Below are positions 8,845 to 17,392 of a stretch of DNA of 32,000 nucleotides, in pieces; the first letter of the stretch is position 1; every line of letters starts with the position of its first letter. The notes beneath the pieces were generated by a model, which did no database searches, was not told the origin of the DNA, and saw nothing but the letters and a program-made list of their open reading frames with translations. The position numbers were made by a program, and so were the translations under genes. Source of the DNA: Akkermansia muciniphila ATCC BAA-835 (lineage in GTDB: Bacteria > Verrucomicrobiota > Verrucomicrobiia > Verrucomicrobiales > Akkermansiaceae); contig NC_010655.1 in the NCBI RefSeq assembly GCF_000020225.1, forward strand, positions 1,260,001 to 1,292,000, given 5' to 3'.

Positions 8845-9273
8845 TTAAATCAGCAGGGGAAGTTGAAAGCCTTCATGCGTCGGACCGGTGTTCCTGAAGG
8901 GGTCAGGGGGAACCGGTGTTGCGGAATCCGATGTTTGGCTTGTTAAAAGAAGAGGCCGGGCCAGATGGTGGAAATCCGGCAATGTCTGCCAGATGACATA
9001 AGGCTGGGGCAGAGGTGCATGAGGAACGGGAACCGTCAGATCATTAATCTCCAGCTGCCGGTGTTCGCAGAGGTGCCCGGCCAAAGGGCTGGAAGAGCCG
9101 GTACGGGGCACATCGTCCCCGTGGCATTCGCAGGGGGCGGCATCCTGATGGCAGGAACAGGAAAAAATGAAAATTTCTTCATGGCACGGGCACACGGAAA
9201 CCATACCCGTTCCGCCTACGACGACCAGCAGAAGGGTGAGCAGCATGATGCCGGTGCGCAATGCTCTAACCAT
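8845..9273 (-). CDS. Small membrane-anchored Cys/His-rich protein (3x CxCH), putative metal-binding accessory protein
   Basis: ATG at 9273, 142 aa. An N-terminal hydrophobic segment (GIMLLTLLLVVVGGTGMV) is followed by CPCH-x7-CSCH-x5-CECH, a later HLCEH, and a Pro-rich C-terminal half. It is on the same strand as the efflux genes and immediately upstream of them. Confidence 0.6.
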   Translation of the reverse strand: MVRALRTGIMLLTLLLVVVGGTGMVSVCPCHEEIFIFSCSCHQDAAPCECHGDDVPRTGSSSPLAGHLCEHRQLEINDLTVPVPHAPLPQPYVIWQTLPDFHHLARPLLLTSQTSDSATPVPPDPFRNTGPTHEGFQLPLLI

Positions 9274-9285
9274 GGTATGCCGCGA

Positions 9286-9314
9286 ATCCTAGAAAGGAGC
9301 CGTGAAAGCGTCAA
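9286..9314 (-). promoter_or_regulatory. Sigma70-like promoter candidate for the Cys/His gene and efflux operon
   Basis: On the minus strand this reads TTGACG (9314-9309), a 17-nt spacer, then TAGGAT (9291-9286). Only 12 nt separate the -10 element from the ATG at 9273, which implies a near-leaderless transcript. Confidence 0.45.
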
Positions 9315-9355
9315 GAGCAAAAGTGGCGGATGTCTGAACCCTGAAGGAAAGGCCG

Positions 9356-10381
9356 TTATTTTTCCGCCGCTTTGCGGAGCAGGTCCACAGTGTGTTCAAA
9401 AGCTACGCCGCGGACATCAATGATCCGGGAGTTTTCCGCGATTGCTCCGGTGATTTCCTCCCGGAATTTACCGGACTGTTCTTCCGTGAGCAGGTTTTTG
9501 GAGCTCAGGGAGCGCGTGATGAGCTGGAGGACGTACCCTGTTTCCACGAAAGACTGGCGTCCCACGGCTTTTTTCATGGCTTCCATGAATTCCGGGGCAT
9601 GTTCGGGCGGCAGGCCGGCCACGGCCTTTTCATAAGCACGGATGAAGGAATCCACCGGGGCTTTGGAAACTTCCGTCTTGGTGAGGTCAAAGCTGGATTG
9701 ATAAGCGAGAGCTCCTTCTTCCGCCAGTTGAAGGGCGTTTTTCCCGAATTTGTTGACGGCAGTCATATCCGCTCCTTTTTCCAGCAGCAGGGCCGCCACC
9801 TGGAAATTGCCGCGCATGGCTGCCAGCATGAGGGGCGTAAAGCCGTTGCCCTCCCGGTTGTTGATGTCTGCTTTCCTTTCAATCAACATGTCGGACAGGC
9901 GGTCCAGCCCGCTCCAGGAAGCCCAGTGCAGCGCGGTCCACCCGTCCTTGTCCTTCCGGTCGATTTCCACGCGGGGGTCTTCCAGAAGCCGGTCCAGATA
10001 GGGGGCCCGAGTGGCTTCCAGCTTCAGCGTGGTCTCAATGTTGTTGTAGTTGGCGTAGCATACCCACATGACAGGAGTTCTGCCATGGGGATCCGTCATG
10101 TTGACAAAAGCCTTTCCTTCTGCCGCAGCCAGTTCTTCCCCTTCCTTCAGGGTTTGTTCGAATTCCTTCATTCCCTTGACTCGGGCTTCCTTCTCCTCCT
10201 GTTCGGAGGAAGCGTTGACTTCTTTGGCCTCCGCTTTCTTCATTACGGTGATAAGGTCCAGGGCCGGGTTGGGATCTCCGGAGAAAGATTTGGAGACCAA
10301 CAGGCTGAGACCGCCGAGGAGGGAGCTGAAAGCTACCAGGATGAGGGAATCCACAATGATGTTGCGCGTGTGCTGGTTCAT
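9356..10381 (-). CDS. Membrane-anchored ankyrin-repeat protein
   Basis: 341 aa with an N-terminal TM segment (IIVDSLILVAFSSLLGGLSLLV). Clear ANK repeats are present: DGWTALHWASWSGLDRLSDMLIERKADINN, NGFTPLMLAAMRGNFQVAALLLEKGADMTA and FGKNALQLA. Confidence 0.8.
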   Translation of the reverse strand: MNQHTRNIIVDSLILVAFSSLLGGLSLLVSKSFSGDPNPALDLITVMKKAEAKEVNASSEQEEKEARVKGMKEFEQTLKEGEELAAAEGKAFVNMTDPHGRTPVMWVCYANYNNIETTLKLEATRAPYLDRLLEDPRVEIDRKDKDGWTALHWASWSGLDRLSDMLIERKADINNREGNGFTPLMLAAMRGNFQVAALLLEKGADMTAVNKFGKNALQLAEEGALAYQSSFDLTKTEVSKAPVDSFIRAYEKAVAGLPPEHAPEFMEAMKKAVGRQSFVETGYVLQLITRSLSSKNLLTEEQSGKFREEITGAIAENSRIIDVRGVAFEHTVDLLRKAAEK

Positions 10382-10393
10382 GGTCTCGTAAGG

Positions 10394-11875
10394 TCAGGAG
10401 TTGGCTTCCGTAAGTTCTTCCGCCGTCAGGGCGGGATCCGTTTCCGCTTCAATGGCGCTGATGGGTGGCGATGCCGCGTCTTCCTCGGGATGGTCCGAGG
10501 TGATGGTCCTGCGGGTCATGATAATGGCGATGGGGCTGATTACGGCCATGGCCAGGTAAATGGTCCACATGAATTCCGGGGAGTCCCAGAAGCCGATGTG
10601 CCCGGTATCCATCTTGGCGCAGATGCCGTCATAGCAGAGGTAGGCGACGAGCAGGCCGCCGATGATGCCATTAATGGGTTTGGCGATGAACATGGGAAGC
10701 GCCGCCAGAGACATGTAGGAAGCCACTTTGTCTTTCGGAGCTACCCGCGCCACATATTCGGAGAAGCGGGGAGAGAAGAGCAGTTCCCCGAATGCGAATA
10801 CCAGGATCTGCGCCACAATGGCTACCAGATACGCCTGGGAGCGCGTTTCGATGCCGGGCACCAGGTAGTACCATTCAATGGGAATGGCCATGAAAACGAG
10901 AGAGAAAGCGGAAATGGACATGCCCGCAATCATGAGGCCAACGGTAGAGAAGCGGCCCAGCACCGGAATGAGCAGGATGAGGCCGGAGACAATGATGGCC
11001 GGGTTGACGGCATTGATGGAGCCTATGGCGAAATCGTCATATAGCGTCCGCACGTAGTATTTGGGCATCACCAGGAATTGCAGCGTGAAAACGATGCGCA
11101 CGCCCATGGTCAGCACCAGGAAGAGGATAAGTTTGCGGAAGGCGGATTCCTTCCATACCTCCATGAAGAGCTGGAGAGGTCTGCGGAGGGGGGCATTGAT
11201 GTTCGCCTCCCGTTCGCTGGGTTCCGCGTAGTTGTCTTCATTAATAAAACGGGTGGTGATGCAGCCCAGCAACACCATCAGCGTTCCGAAGTTGATGATC
11301 CAGTACCCGCCGTCCACGGCGCCGAAGTGCTTGCGGAAAAATTCAATCAGGAACACGTTCGCAATGACGGCGGAAATGTTCATCAGCAGGTAGTAGATAT
11401 TGAAGCCCGTGGAACGCGCTTTCAGCGGGGTGAAGCGCCGGATGGAAGTCTGGATGACGGGGGACATGAACGCCGTGCCGAAGGACATAATCAGAATGCC
11501 CGCCATGACGGCCAGCCTTCCGGAGTCCACGGTCGGGCTGAGGTCCGGACCGAAGCCCATGATAAGGCGCCCGGCAATGAGGATGATGAAGCCGATCAGG
11601 TAAGTGCGCCGTATGCCGATGATGTCGCAGATGGAACCCACCGCGAAGACGAAGGCGGAGATGAAAAGGGTGTACAGGCCTACCCAGAGGGCGGCGTCCG
11701 CATCGTTGAAGCTACAATAGTCCGTCAGGTAGAGGACGAATACCGTAATCATGGAAAAATAGGCCATTCCGTCGAAGAACTGGACGACGTTGGTAAGCCA
11801 GAAATCCTTGGATACGGTTTTCAGGATTTTGAATTCCGAAAAATATTTGAGGATGGGGTTTGCGGACTCATTCAT
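10394..11875 (-). CDS. MFS transporter (POT/PTR2-like layout, substrate unknown)
   Basis: 493 aa with about 12-14 hydrophobic segments. The N-terminal region resembles peptide-transporter topology, but the ExxERFxYY motif is not conserved (NVVQFFDGMAYF). The stop codon lies 12 nt before the ankyrin gene start. Confidence 0.7.
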   Translation of the reverse strand: MNESANPILKYFSEFKILKTVSKDFWLTNVVQFFDGMAYFSMITVFVLYLTDYCSFNDADAALWVGLYTLFISAFVFAVGSICDIIGIRRTYLIGFIILIAGRLIMGFGPDLSPTVDSGRLAVMAGILIMSFGTAFMSPVIQTSIRRFTPLKARSTGFNIYYLLMNISAVIANVFLIEFFRKHFGAVDGGYWIINFGTLMVLLGCITTRFINEDNYAEPSEREANINAPLRRPLQLFMEVWKESAFRKLILFLVLTMGVRIVFTLQFLVMPKYYVRTLYDDFAIGSINAVNPAIIVSGLILLIPVLGRFSTVGLMIAGMSISAFSLVFMAIPIEWYYLVPGIETRSQAYLVAIVAQILVFAFGELLFSPRFSEYVARVAPKDKVASYMSLAALPMFIAKPINGIIGGLLVAYLCYDGICAKMDTGHIGFWDSPEFMWTIYLAMAVISPIAIIMTRRTITSDHPEEDAASPPISAIEAETDPALTAEELTEANS

Positions 11876-12007
11876 GGAGAGATGGAAGCGGTAAGGAAAA
11901 GTTGACGACGGTGAAAGAGTGGGTTACACGCATCCCCGTTTCAAGATTTTTTTCTCCCGAAGGCCGGTTTAACCGGAAAAATGCGCTTCACCGCCAGGAC
12001 CCCCCCT

Positions 12008-12652
12008 CTATCTGGGCAAAATACGCCGGAAGCCTGCCACGTGGCACCATGACAGTGCTTTCAGGCATTGTTCCACAGCCATGGCATCCGAAGGCAGCAC
12101 GGGCCACAGCCCGGCTTCCTTCAGCCCTGACTTGGCTATTTCCGCCGCTTTCCATTCGCGGAACTGGGTGGGAAGGGCGGAGAAAGTGAAAAAGGCCCAG
12201 CAGGCCAGCCCGATGGCCAGCGCGATCTGGAATTTCAACAGTCCGGTCGCCAGCATTCCCAGCAGGATAAGAGCTGTGAAAAAGGGAATCATCGTGGCGC
12301 GCGCAGAGGCGGTTTTGCGGGCTTTTGCCGCCTCCGGGTCTTCCCGGACCAGGCTGCTCATGGCCCAGGTATGGGCTACGCAGGCCAGCCGGCCTGCGGT
12401 CACCTTGCCTTCCCATGCCGGAGGAAGGCTGATGAATCCGTTTTCATCCACTCCGGGAAACCGGGCTTTCTCCAGTTTCCGCTGGCGTTTTTCCGCACCG
12501 TCCAGGCGGTGGATTAATCCAGCCGGGCCGGGGAAACCGGGCAGTTCCCGGGATTCGTAGGTGCGCAGGGGAATGATGCCTTTGGTGAAACGCAGCGCGG
12601 CAATGACACCGAGCACGACCACGGAAAGGAAAATCACTACTGCGAATAGCAT
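12008..12652 (-). CDS. YugP/Zn_peptidase_2-like membrane protein with a degenerate HExxH motif
   Basis: I prefer the ATG at 12652 (MLFAVVIFLSVVVL...). The track start at 12688 is TTG. The block GRLACVAHTWAM aligns by eye with YugP SVASHEVGHAL. The C-terminal FSALPTQFREWKAAE...VEQCLKALSWCHVAG resembles ITLPVEFNASSRA...VNKVLSAAALTYVAA. Confidence 0.45.
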   Translation of the reverse strand: MLFAVVIFLSVVVLGVIAALRFTKGIIPLRTYESRELPGFPGPAGLIHRLDGAEKRQRKLEKARFPGVDENGFISLPPAWEGKVTAGRLACVAHTWAMSSLVREDPEAAKARKTASARATMIPFFTALILLGMLATGLLKFQIALAIGLACWAFFTFSALPTQFREWKAAEIAKSGLKEAGLWPVLPSDAMAVEQCLKALSWCHVAGFRRILPR

Positions 12653-12954
12653 AGACGGCTTTTTCTCATATGCCCGTGTGTCCGTCAATCTCTCCGGCTG
12701 GCATGAAGCCGTCCTTCCCGGCTAACAGCCGGGTGCGGATGCGGACATCGTTTTTTCCTTCTTTTCCCGCCCGGAACGCTTGGAAAACGGTGGGATGGTG
12801 CTTATGTCGGAATGATCTGCGGTTCCGGGTGTTCCTCTGGGCGGGCACAACATTCCGGCATGGATTTTCTTCATGTCGGAGGCGCTGGATTTGGGTTGAT
12901 TTTCCGGCGTTTTTCATGTAATGGCTGACCGCAATGGTCCATATTCGGGAATGC

Positions 12955-13566
12955 ATGAGGAGGTGGCTGCCGTTTGTCATAATGGCGGCTTCCCTGGGTG
13001 TGTCTCCCGCCCAGGATGTGGCGAGCCCCGATGCCGCGGATCTGGATTTGGACCTGGTCAAACTGAAAAGTGGCCCCAAGGGCAGACAGAGGGAGGCCAT
13101 GAGGAAGGTCCTCCTGCTTGTGCATCTGAAGCAAAAGGAAACGTGGCTGGCGGAATCCACGGGGGATGAGGCCGTGCATCTGGCGGCGGAGATTTCCTTC
13201 CGCCGGTATTTGGCTTCAGTGGATATGGACGGATGCCCGGAGGAATTCAGGCGCGCTTTCCTGCGGTATGCAAAGCTCCTGAATTCCTTTGAAGAAAAAG
13301 ATTTGAACAGTGTCGCGGATTTTCCTGCGGTCCCTTTGCAGGCTGCCGGAAGGGAACTGTTCCGGGTGTTGCTTACTTACCGTCTGGAATCGGAGCATCT
13401 GCTGGAGGAAATGAAAGCGATGGTGGATGAGGAAATTGAGGGGAAGGAGGAGCTGTCTGCAGGACAGATGATGGATATTGTCCGGGGAATGCGGGAAGCC
13501 CTGCAATCCGGAAGCCGCCCCTTTCCAGCGGAAAGGCCTCCGGAAGACAGGGTTTCCGGGATGTAG
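12955..13566 (+). CDS. Secreted hypothetical protein
   Basis: The in-frame ATG at 12955 gives MRRWLPFVIMAASLGVSPAQD, which is a signal peptide. The remainder is helical and rich in charged residues. I recognise no family. Confidence 0.5.
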   Translation: MRRWLPFVIMAASLGVSPAQDVASPDAADLDLDLVKLKSGPKGRQREAMRKVLLLVHLKQKETWLAESTGDEAVHLAAEISFRRYLASVDMDGCPEEFRRAFLRYAKLLNSFEEKDLNSVADFPAVPLQAAGRELFRVLLTYRLESEHLLEEMKAMVDEEIEGKEELSAGQMMDIVRGMREALQSGSRPFPAERPPEDRVSGM

Positions 13567-13672
13567 CGGCTTTTCATGGATGGCATGCCGGTACCGTGAG
13601 GAATCTTGTGGAGGCATGCCGGAAGTCCGCTCCGGCTATTCCGGAAGGAAAATGGATTAAGACGGCTGTACG

Positions 13673-14590
13673 TCAGGGTTTCCAGGCGGCGGCCATCAGA
13701 GTCTGGAAATGGGGCGGGTCCGGCTCCCTGTCCACAATATCCGTGTGGATGTTCCGGAATCCCGCTTCCTTCAGCATGCTTTCCAGGGCGGCGGGCGTGA
13801 AGCCCAGCCAGCGGTCCGCGTAAAGTTCACGGGCTTCCTCCTGTCCATGCTGGAGCAGATCCAGCACCACCAGGCAACCGCCGGATTTCAGGATATCCCA
13901 CGCAGCTTCCAGCGCTCTGGACGGTTTTTGCGCATGGTGCAGGGCCTGGCTGAGCAGGGCCAGATCCACCGTGCCGGGTTTAATGGGCGGCGCTTCGATG
14001 TCGCCCAGGCGGTATTCCAGATTGTCCAGCCCGTGTTTGCGCGCCAGCTCCTGCCCCAGCTCCACCATGCTGGGGGAGTTATCCACGGCGATCACCTGTT
14101 TGGCGCTGGGGGAGATGAGCTGGGAAACGAAACCTTCCCCGGCTCCCAGGTCCGCCACTACGTCATAGTTCAGAATGCGGAGCAGTGCTCCGGCCAGCGC
14201 TTTCCAGGAACGGCCTGGCGCGTAGTTCTTGCCCAGACGGCACACTACTTCGTCAAAATAGGCCTGGGTGCGGTTTTTGCGCTTGTCCAGGATAACCTGA
14301 AGGGCTTTTTGGTCCGTTTCCGCCTCCGGCAATTCCTCGCAGGCTTTCAGGGCTACGTTGTGCAGATCGCCTGCCAGGGAAAGAGTGTAAAAGACATTTT
14401 TGCCGGAACGGGCGTCCTCCACCACCCCTTCCTGCCGGAGCTGGGCCAGCTGGGTGGAGATGCGGCTTTGCCCCATGCCGAGAATTTCCTGAAGTTCCGC
14501 GACGCTCAGGGATTCTTCATTCAGAACGTTGATGATGCGCAGGCGGGTGGGATCTGCCAGGAGTTTGAGCGTTTTTAGGGTTGACTTCAT
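13673..14590 (-). CDS. ArsR-type wHTH fused to a SAM-dependent methyltransferase-like domain (SahR-like regulator)
   Basis: The ATG at 14590 gives MKSTLKTLKLLADPTRLRIINVLNEESLSVAELQEILGMGQSRISTQLAQLRQEGVV, an ArsR HTH. The C-terminal half has methyltransferase motif I (VVADLGAGEGFVS) and a Methyltransf_11-like core. The gene is divergent from metK. Confidence 0.8.
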   Translation of the reverse strand: MKSTLKTLKLLADPTRLRIINVLNEESLSVAELQEILGMGQSRISTQLAQLRQEGVVEDARSGKNVFYTLSLAGDLHNVALKACEELPEAETDQKALQVILDKRKNRTQAYFDEVVCRLGKNYAPGRSWKALAGALLRILNYDVVADLGAGEGFVSQLISPSAKQVIAVDNSPSMVELGQELARKHGLDNLEYRLGDIEAPPIKPGTVDLALLSQALHHAQKPSRALEAAWDILKSGGCLVVLDLLQHGQEEARELYADRWLGFTPAALESMLKEAGFRNIHTDIVDREPDPPHFQTLMAAAWKP

Positions 14591-14601
14591 AGCGGAATAA
14601 T

Positions 14602-14629
14602 ATATCAACACATCGAGATTTATCGATAT
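14602..14629. promoter_or_regulatory. Imperfect 28-bp palindrome in the 37-bp gap between the regulator gene and metK (candidate operator)
   Basis: In ATATCAACACATCG|AGATTTATCGATAT, 10 of 14 arm positions are complementary. It contains the perfect palindrome TATCGATA (14621-14628) and ATCGA-N6-TCGAT (14612-14627). It overlaps the metK ATG at 14628. Confidence 0.45.
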
Positions 14630-15812
14630 GAGCAGAAACACCCCTCACATCTTTACGTCGGAATCCGTTGGAGAAGGCCATCCGGACAAGGTGGCCGACT
14701 ACATTTCCGACTCTATTTTAGACGCCTGCCTGGCTCAAGACAAAACTAGCCGCGTTGCATGTGAAACGTTGGTGAAGAGCAATATGGTCATTATTGCCGG
14801 AGAGCTGACGACCAAGGCGGTGATCGATCCGGAAAAAATCGCCCGCCAGGCCATTCGGGAGATCGGGTACTGCAACAGGCAGGACGACGACGTTTTCCAT
14901 GCGGATACCGTCTTTTTCACGAATCTGCTCACGGAACAGTCCCCGGATATTGCCCAGGGGGTGGATGCCCGGGAGGCGGAGGGCAAGGGCCATGCGGAGC
15001 AGGGCGCCGGAGACCAGGGCATTATGTTCGGCTTCGCAACGAATGAGACGCCGGAGCTGCTTCCGGCCCCCATCGTGTTTGCGCACAAACTGCTCATTGA
15101 GCTGGCCAGGAGGCGCAAACGCGGGCATGTGGACTGGCTGCGTCCGGACTGCAAGTCCCAGGTGGCTGTGGCCTATGACGAAGACGGGCGTCCCGCGCAT
15201 ATTGAAAACGTAGTTATTTCCACCCAGCACACGGAAGACGTGGACCATGACACGATTTACTCATATTGCGTCAAACTCATTAAAAATGTGCTTCCTGCGG
15301 AGCTTCTGGATGAGAGGACGGAATATTTCATCAACCCCACCGGGAAATTCGTCGTGGGCGGTCCCCACGGGGATTCCGGCCTGACGGGCCGCAAAATTAT
15401 TGTGGACACGTACGGCGGCATGGGGCGCCACGGCGGCGGAGCCTTTTCCGGAAAAGACCCGTCCAAGGTGGACCGTTCCGCCGCGTATATGTGCCGCTGG
15501 GTTGCCAAGCACATTGTGGCTGCCGGACTGGCGGATAAATGTGAATTGCAGGTGGCTTACGCCATCGGCTACCCCGCTCCGGTTTCCATCCGGGTGGATA
15601 CGTTCGGTACCGGGAAGGTGGAGGAAATATCCATTGAAAATGCGCTGGAAAACATCTTTTCCTTCAAGCCTGCGGATATGGTGGAACAGCTGAACCTGCT
15701 TCGGCCTATTTACCGGAAGACGACGCACTACGGGCATTTCACCAATCCGGAGCTGCCCTGGGAACAGCTGGACGAAACGCGCCTGGCCTCCCTGAAACAA
15801 CTTCTTCATTAA
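14628..15812 (+). CDS. metK: S-adenosylmethionine synthetase
   Basis: 394 aa with the signatures [28 protein letters not shown] and [19 protein letters not shown]. Confidence 0.95.
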   Translation: MSRNTPHIFTSESVGEGHPDKVADYISDSILDACLAQDKTSRVACETLVKSNMVIIAGELTTKAVIDPEKIARQAIREIGYCNRQDDDVFHADTVFFTNLLTEQSPDIAQGVDAREAEGKGHAEQGAGDQGIMFGFATNETPELLPAPIVFAHKLLIELARRRKRGHVDWLRPDCKSQVAVAYDEDGRPAHIENVVISTQHTEDVDHDTIYSYCVKLIKNVLPAELLDERTEYFINPTGKFVVGGPHGDSGLTGRKIIVDTYGGMGRHGGGAFSGKDPSKVDRSAAYMCRWVAKHIVAAGLADKCELQVAYAIGYPAPVSIRVDTFGTGKVEEISIENALENIFSFKPADMVEQLNLLRPIYRKTTHYGHFTNPELPWEQLDETRLASLKQLLH

Positions 15813-15835
15813 TTCCTACGACAACGCTTACAGAC

Positions 15836-17251
15836 ATGTTTTCAGAAACGGAACAATACAAGGTGCGCGATATCGGCCTGGCGGATTTCGGACGCAGGGA
15901 ACTGGATATTGCGGAGCATGAGATGCCCGGCCTGATGGCCGTGCGTGAAAAGTACGCTGCAGCCAGGCCCCTGGAGGGCGTGCGCATCATGGGCTCCCTG
16001 CACATGACGGTGCAGACGGCCGTGCTGATAGAAACGCTGACGGCTCTGGGCGCTTCCGTCCGCTGGGCGAGCTGCAACATTTTCTCCACCCAGGACCACG
16101 CCGCCGCCGCCATCGCCAAATCCGGCACCCCCGTTTTCGCCTGGAAGGGGGAAACGCTGCGGGAATACTGGGACTGCACGTGGAAGGCCATGAACTTTCC
16201 GGACGGGCTGGGGCCGCAGCTGATTGTGGACGACGGCGGAGACGCCACCCTGCTTATCCACCGCGGGTATGAAATGGAGGAAGGCTCCGACTGGGTGGAT
16301 ACCCCGTCGGAATCGGAAGAAGAGGAAGTCGTCAAGGCCCTGTTGAAAAAAATTGCCGCGGCGACTCCGGGCATTTTCCATCGCTGGCTTCCCGAGCTGA
16401 AGGGCGTTTCCGAGGAAACGACCACCGGCGTGCACCGCCTGTACCAGATGCAGGCCGCCGGCCGTCTGCTGATTCCGGCCATCAACGTAAACGATTCCGT
16501 AACCAAGTCCAAGTTTGACAACCTGTACGGCTGCCGTGAGTCCCTTGTGGACGGCATCAAGCGGGCCACGGACGTGATGGTTGCCGGGAAGGTGGCCGTC
16601 GTCTGCGGCTACGGGGACGTAGGCAAAGGCTGCGCCCAGTCCCTGCGCGGCATGGGAGCCCAGGTGGTCGTGACGGAAATAGACCCCATCTGCGCTCTTC
16701 AGGCAGCCATGGAAGGTTACCGCGTACTGACGGTGGAAGACACGCTGGGCTGGGCGGATATTTACGTGACCACTACGGGAAACTGCAACATCATCCGCAT
16801 CGAACACATGGAAAAAATGAAGGACCAGGCCATTGTCTGCAACATCGGCCACTTCGACAATGAAATCCAGGTACACAAGCTCCAGACGTATCCCGGCATC
16901 AGGCATCTTAACATCAAGCCGCAGGTGGACCGCTACACGTTCCCGTCCGGCAACAGCCTGTATCTTCTGGCGGAAGGCCGCCTGGTCAACCTGGGCTGCG
17001 CTACGGGTCATCCCAGCTTCGTGATGTCCAACAGCTTCGCCAACCAGGTGCTGGCCCAGCTGGAACTGTGGAATACCCGTAAAGACCGTTCCGTGGGCGT
17101 GGAAGTGCTGCCCAAGGTGCTGGATGAGGAAGTGGCGCGGCTGCACCTCGCCAAGATAGGGTGCAAGCTGACTGTCCTGCGTCCGGAGCAGGCGGACTAC
17201 ATCGGCGTTCCGGTGGAAGGTCCTTACAAGCCGGACTTTTACAGGTATTAA
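15836..17251 (+). CDS. ahcY: Adenosylhomocysteinase (S-adenosyl-L-homocysteine hydrolase)
   Basis: 471 aa with [32 protein letters not shown], the NAD site [14 protein letters not shown] and GHFDNEI. It starts 23 nt after metK. Confidence 0.95.
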   Translation: MFSETEQYKVRDIGLADFGRRELDIAEHEMPGLMAVREKYAAARPLEGVRIMGSLHMTVQTAVLIETLTALGASVRWASCNIFSTQDHAAAAIAKSGTPVFAWKGETLREYWDCTWKAMNFPDGLGPQLIVDDGGDATLLIHRGYEMEEGSDWVDTPSESEEEEVVKALLKKIAAATPGIFHRWLPELKGVSEETTTGVHRLYQMQAAGRLLIPAINVNDSVTKSKFDNLYGCRESLVDGIKRATDVMVAGKVAVVCGYGDVGKGCAQSLRGMGAQVVVTEIDPICALQAAMEGYRVLTVEDTLGWADIYVTTTGNCNIIRIEHMEKMKDQAIVCNIGHFDNEIQVHKLQTYPGIRHLNIKPQVDRYTFPSGNSLYLLAEGRLVNLGCATGHPSFVMSNSFANQVLAQLELWNTRKDRSVGVEVLPKVLDEEVARLHLAKIGCKLTVLRPEQADYIGVPVEGPYKPDFYRY

Positions 17252-17275
17252 CCTTGTCAAGGTTTTCTTTTCCTG

Positions 17276-17319
17276 GCCGTTCCGCGCAGGCCTGTCCGGC
17301 GGAACGGCTTTTTTGTTTT
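17276..17319 (+). terminator. Rho-independent terminator of metK-ahcY
   Basis: The stem GCCGTTCCGC (17276-17285) / GCGGAACGGC (17299-17308) is followed by TTTTTTGTTTT (17309-17319). Confidence 0.85.
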
Positions 17320-17392
17320 CCCGATGATGGAGGGAAGCAGGATAACGGTACGTTTATTTTTTTTTCCTGTTTTTTATGCAGGTTCCCTGCTG

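Noticed and set aside
9392-11044. 550-aa plus-strand ORF spanning the ankyrin and MFS genes in antisense
   Set aside because: It crosses a gene boundary only because both real genes share a phase. Its composition is non-protein-like (runs of G, R, H, D and V).
12666-13160. 164-aa minus-strand ORF and other short ORFs in the 12653-12954 gap, plus the hairpin CCCGGCTaacAGCCGGG (12717-12733)
   Set aside because: The ORF overlaps the signal-peptide-bearing plus-strand gene and looks non-coding. The 7-bp hairpin is not directly followed by a T-run and sits upstream of both divergent genes, so no function can be argued.
13578-13622. Two copies of the self-complementary GGCATGCCGG between convergent genes, as a bidirectional terminator
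   Set aside because: It would form only an 8-bp stem with a loop of about 27 nt, and no T-run follows on either strand.
14591-14627. SAM riboswitch upstream of metK
   Set aside because: Only 37 nt separate metK from the divergent gene, which is far too short for any SAM riboswitch class. Control by the adjacent regulator is more plausible.
15842-17260. 472-aa minus-strand ORF antisense to ahcY
   Set aside because: ahcY is unambiguous on the plus strand. The antisense product has no motifs and overlaps the gene completely.
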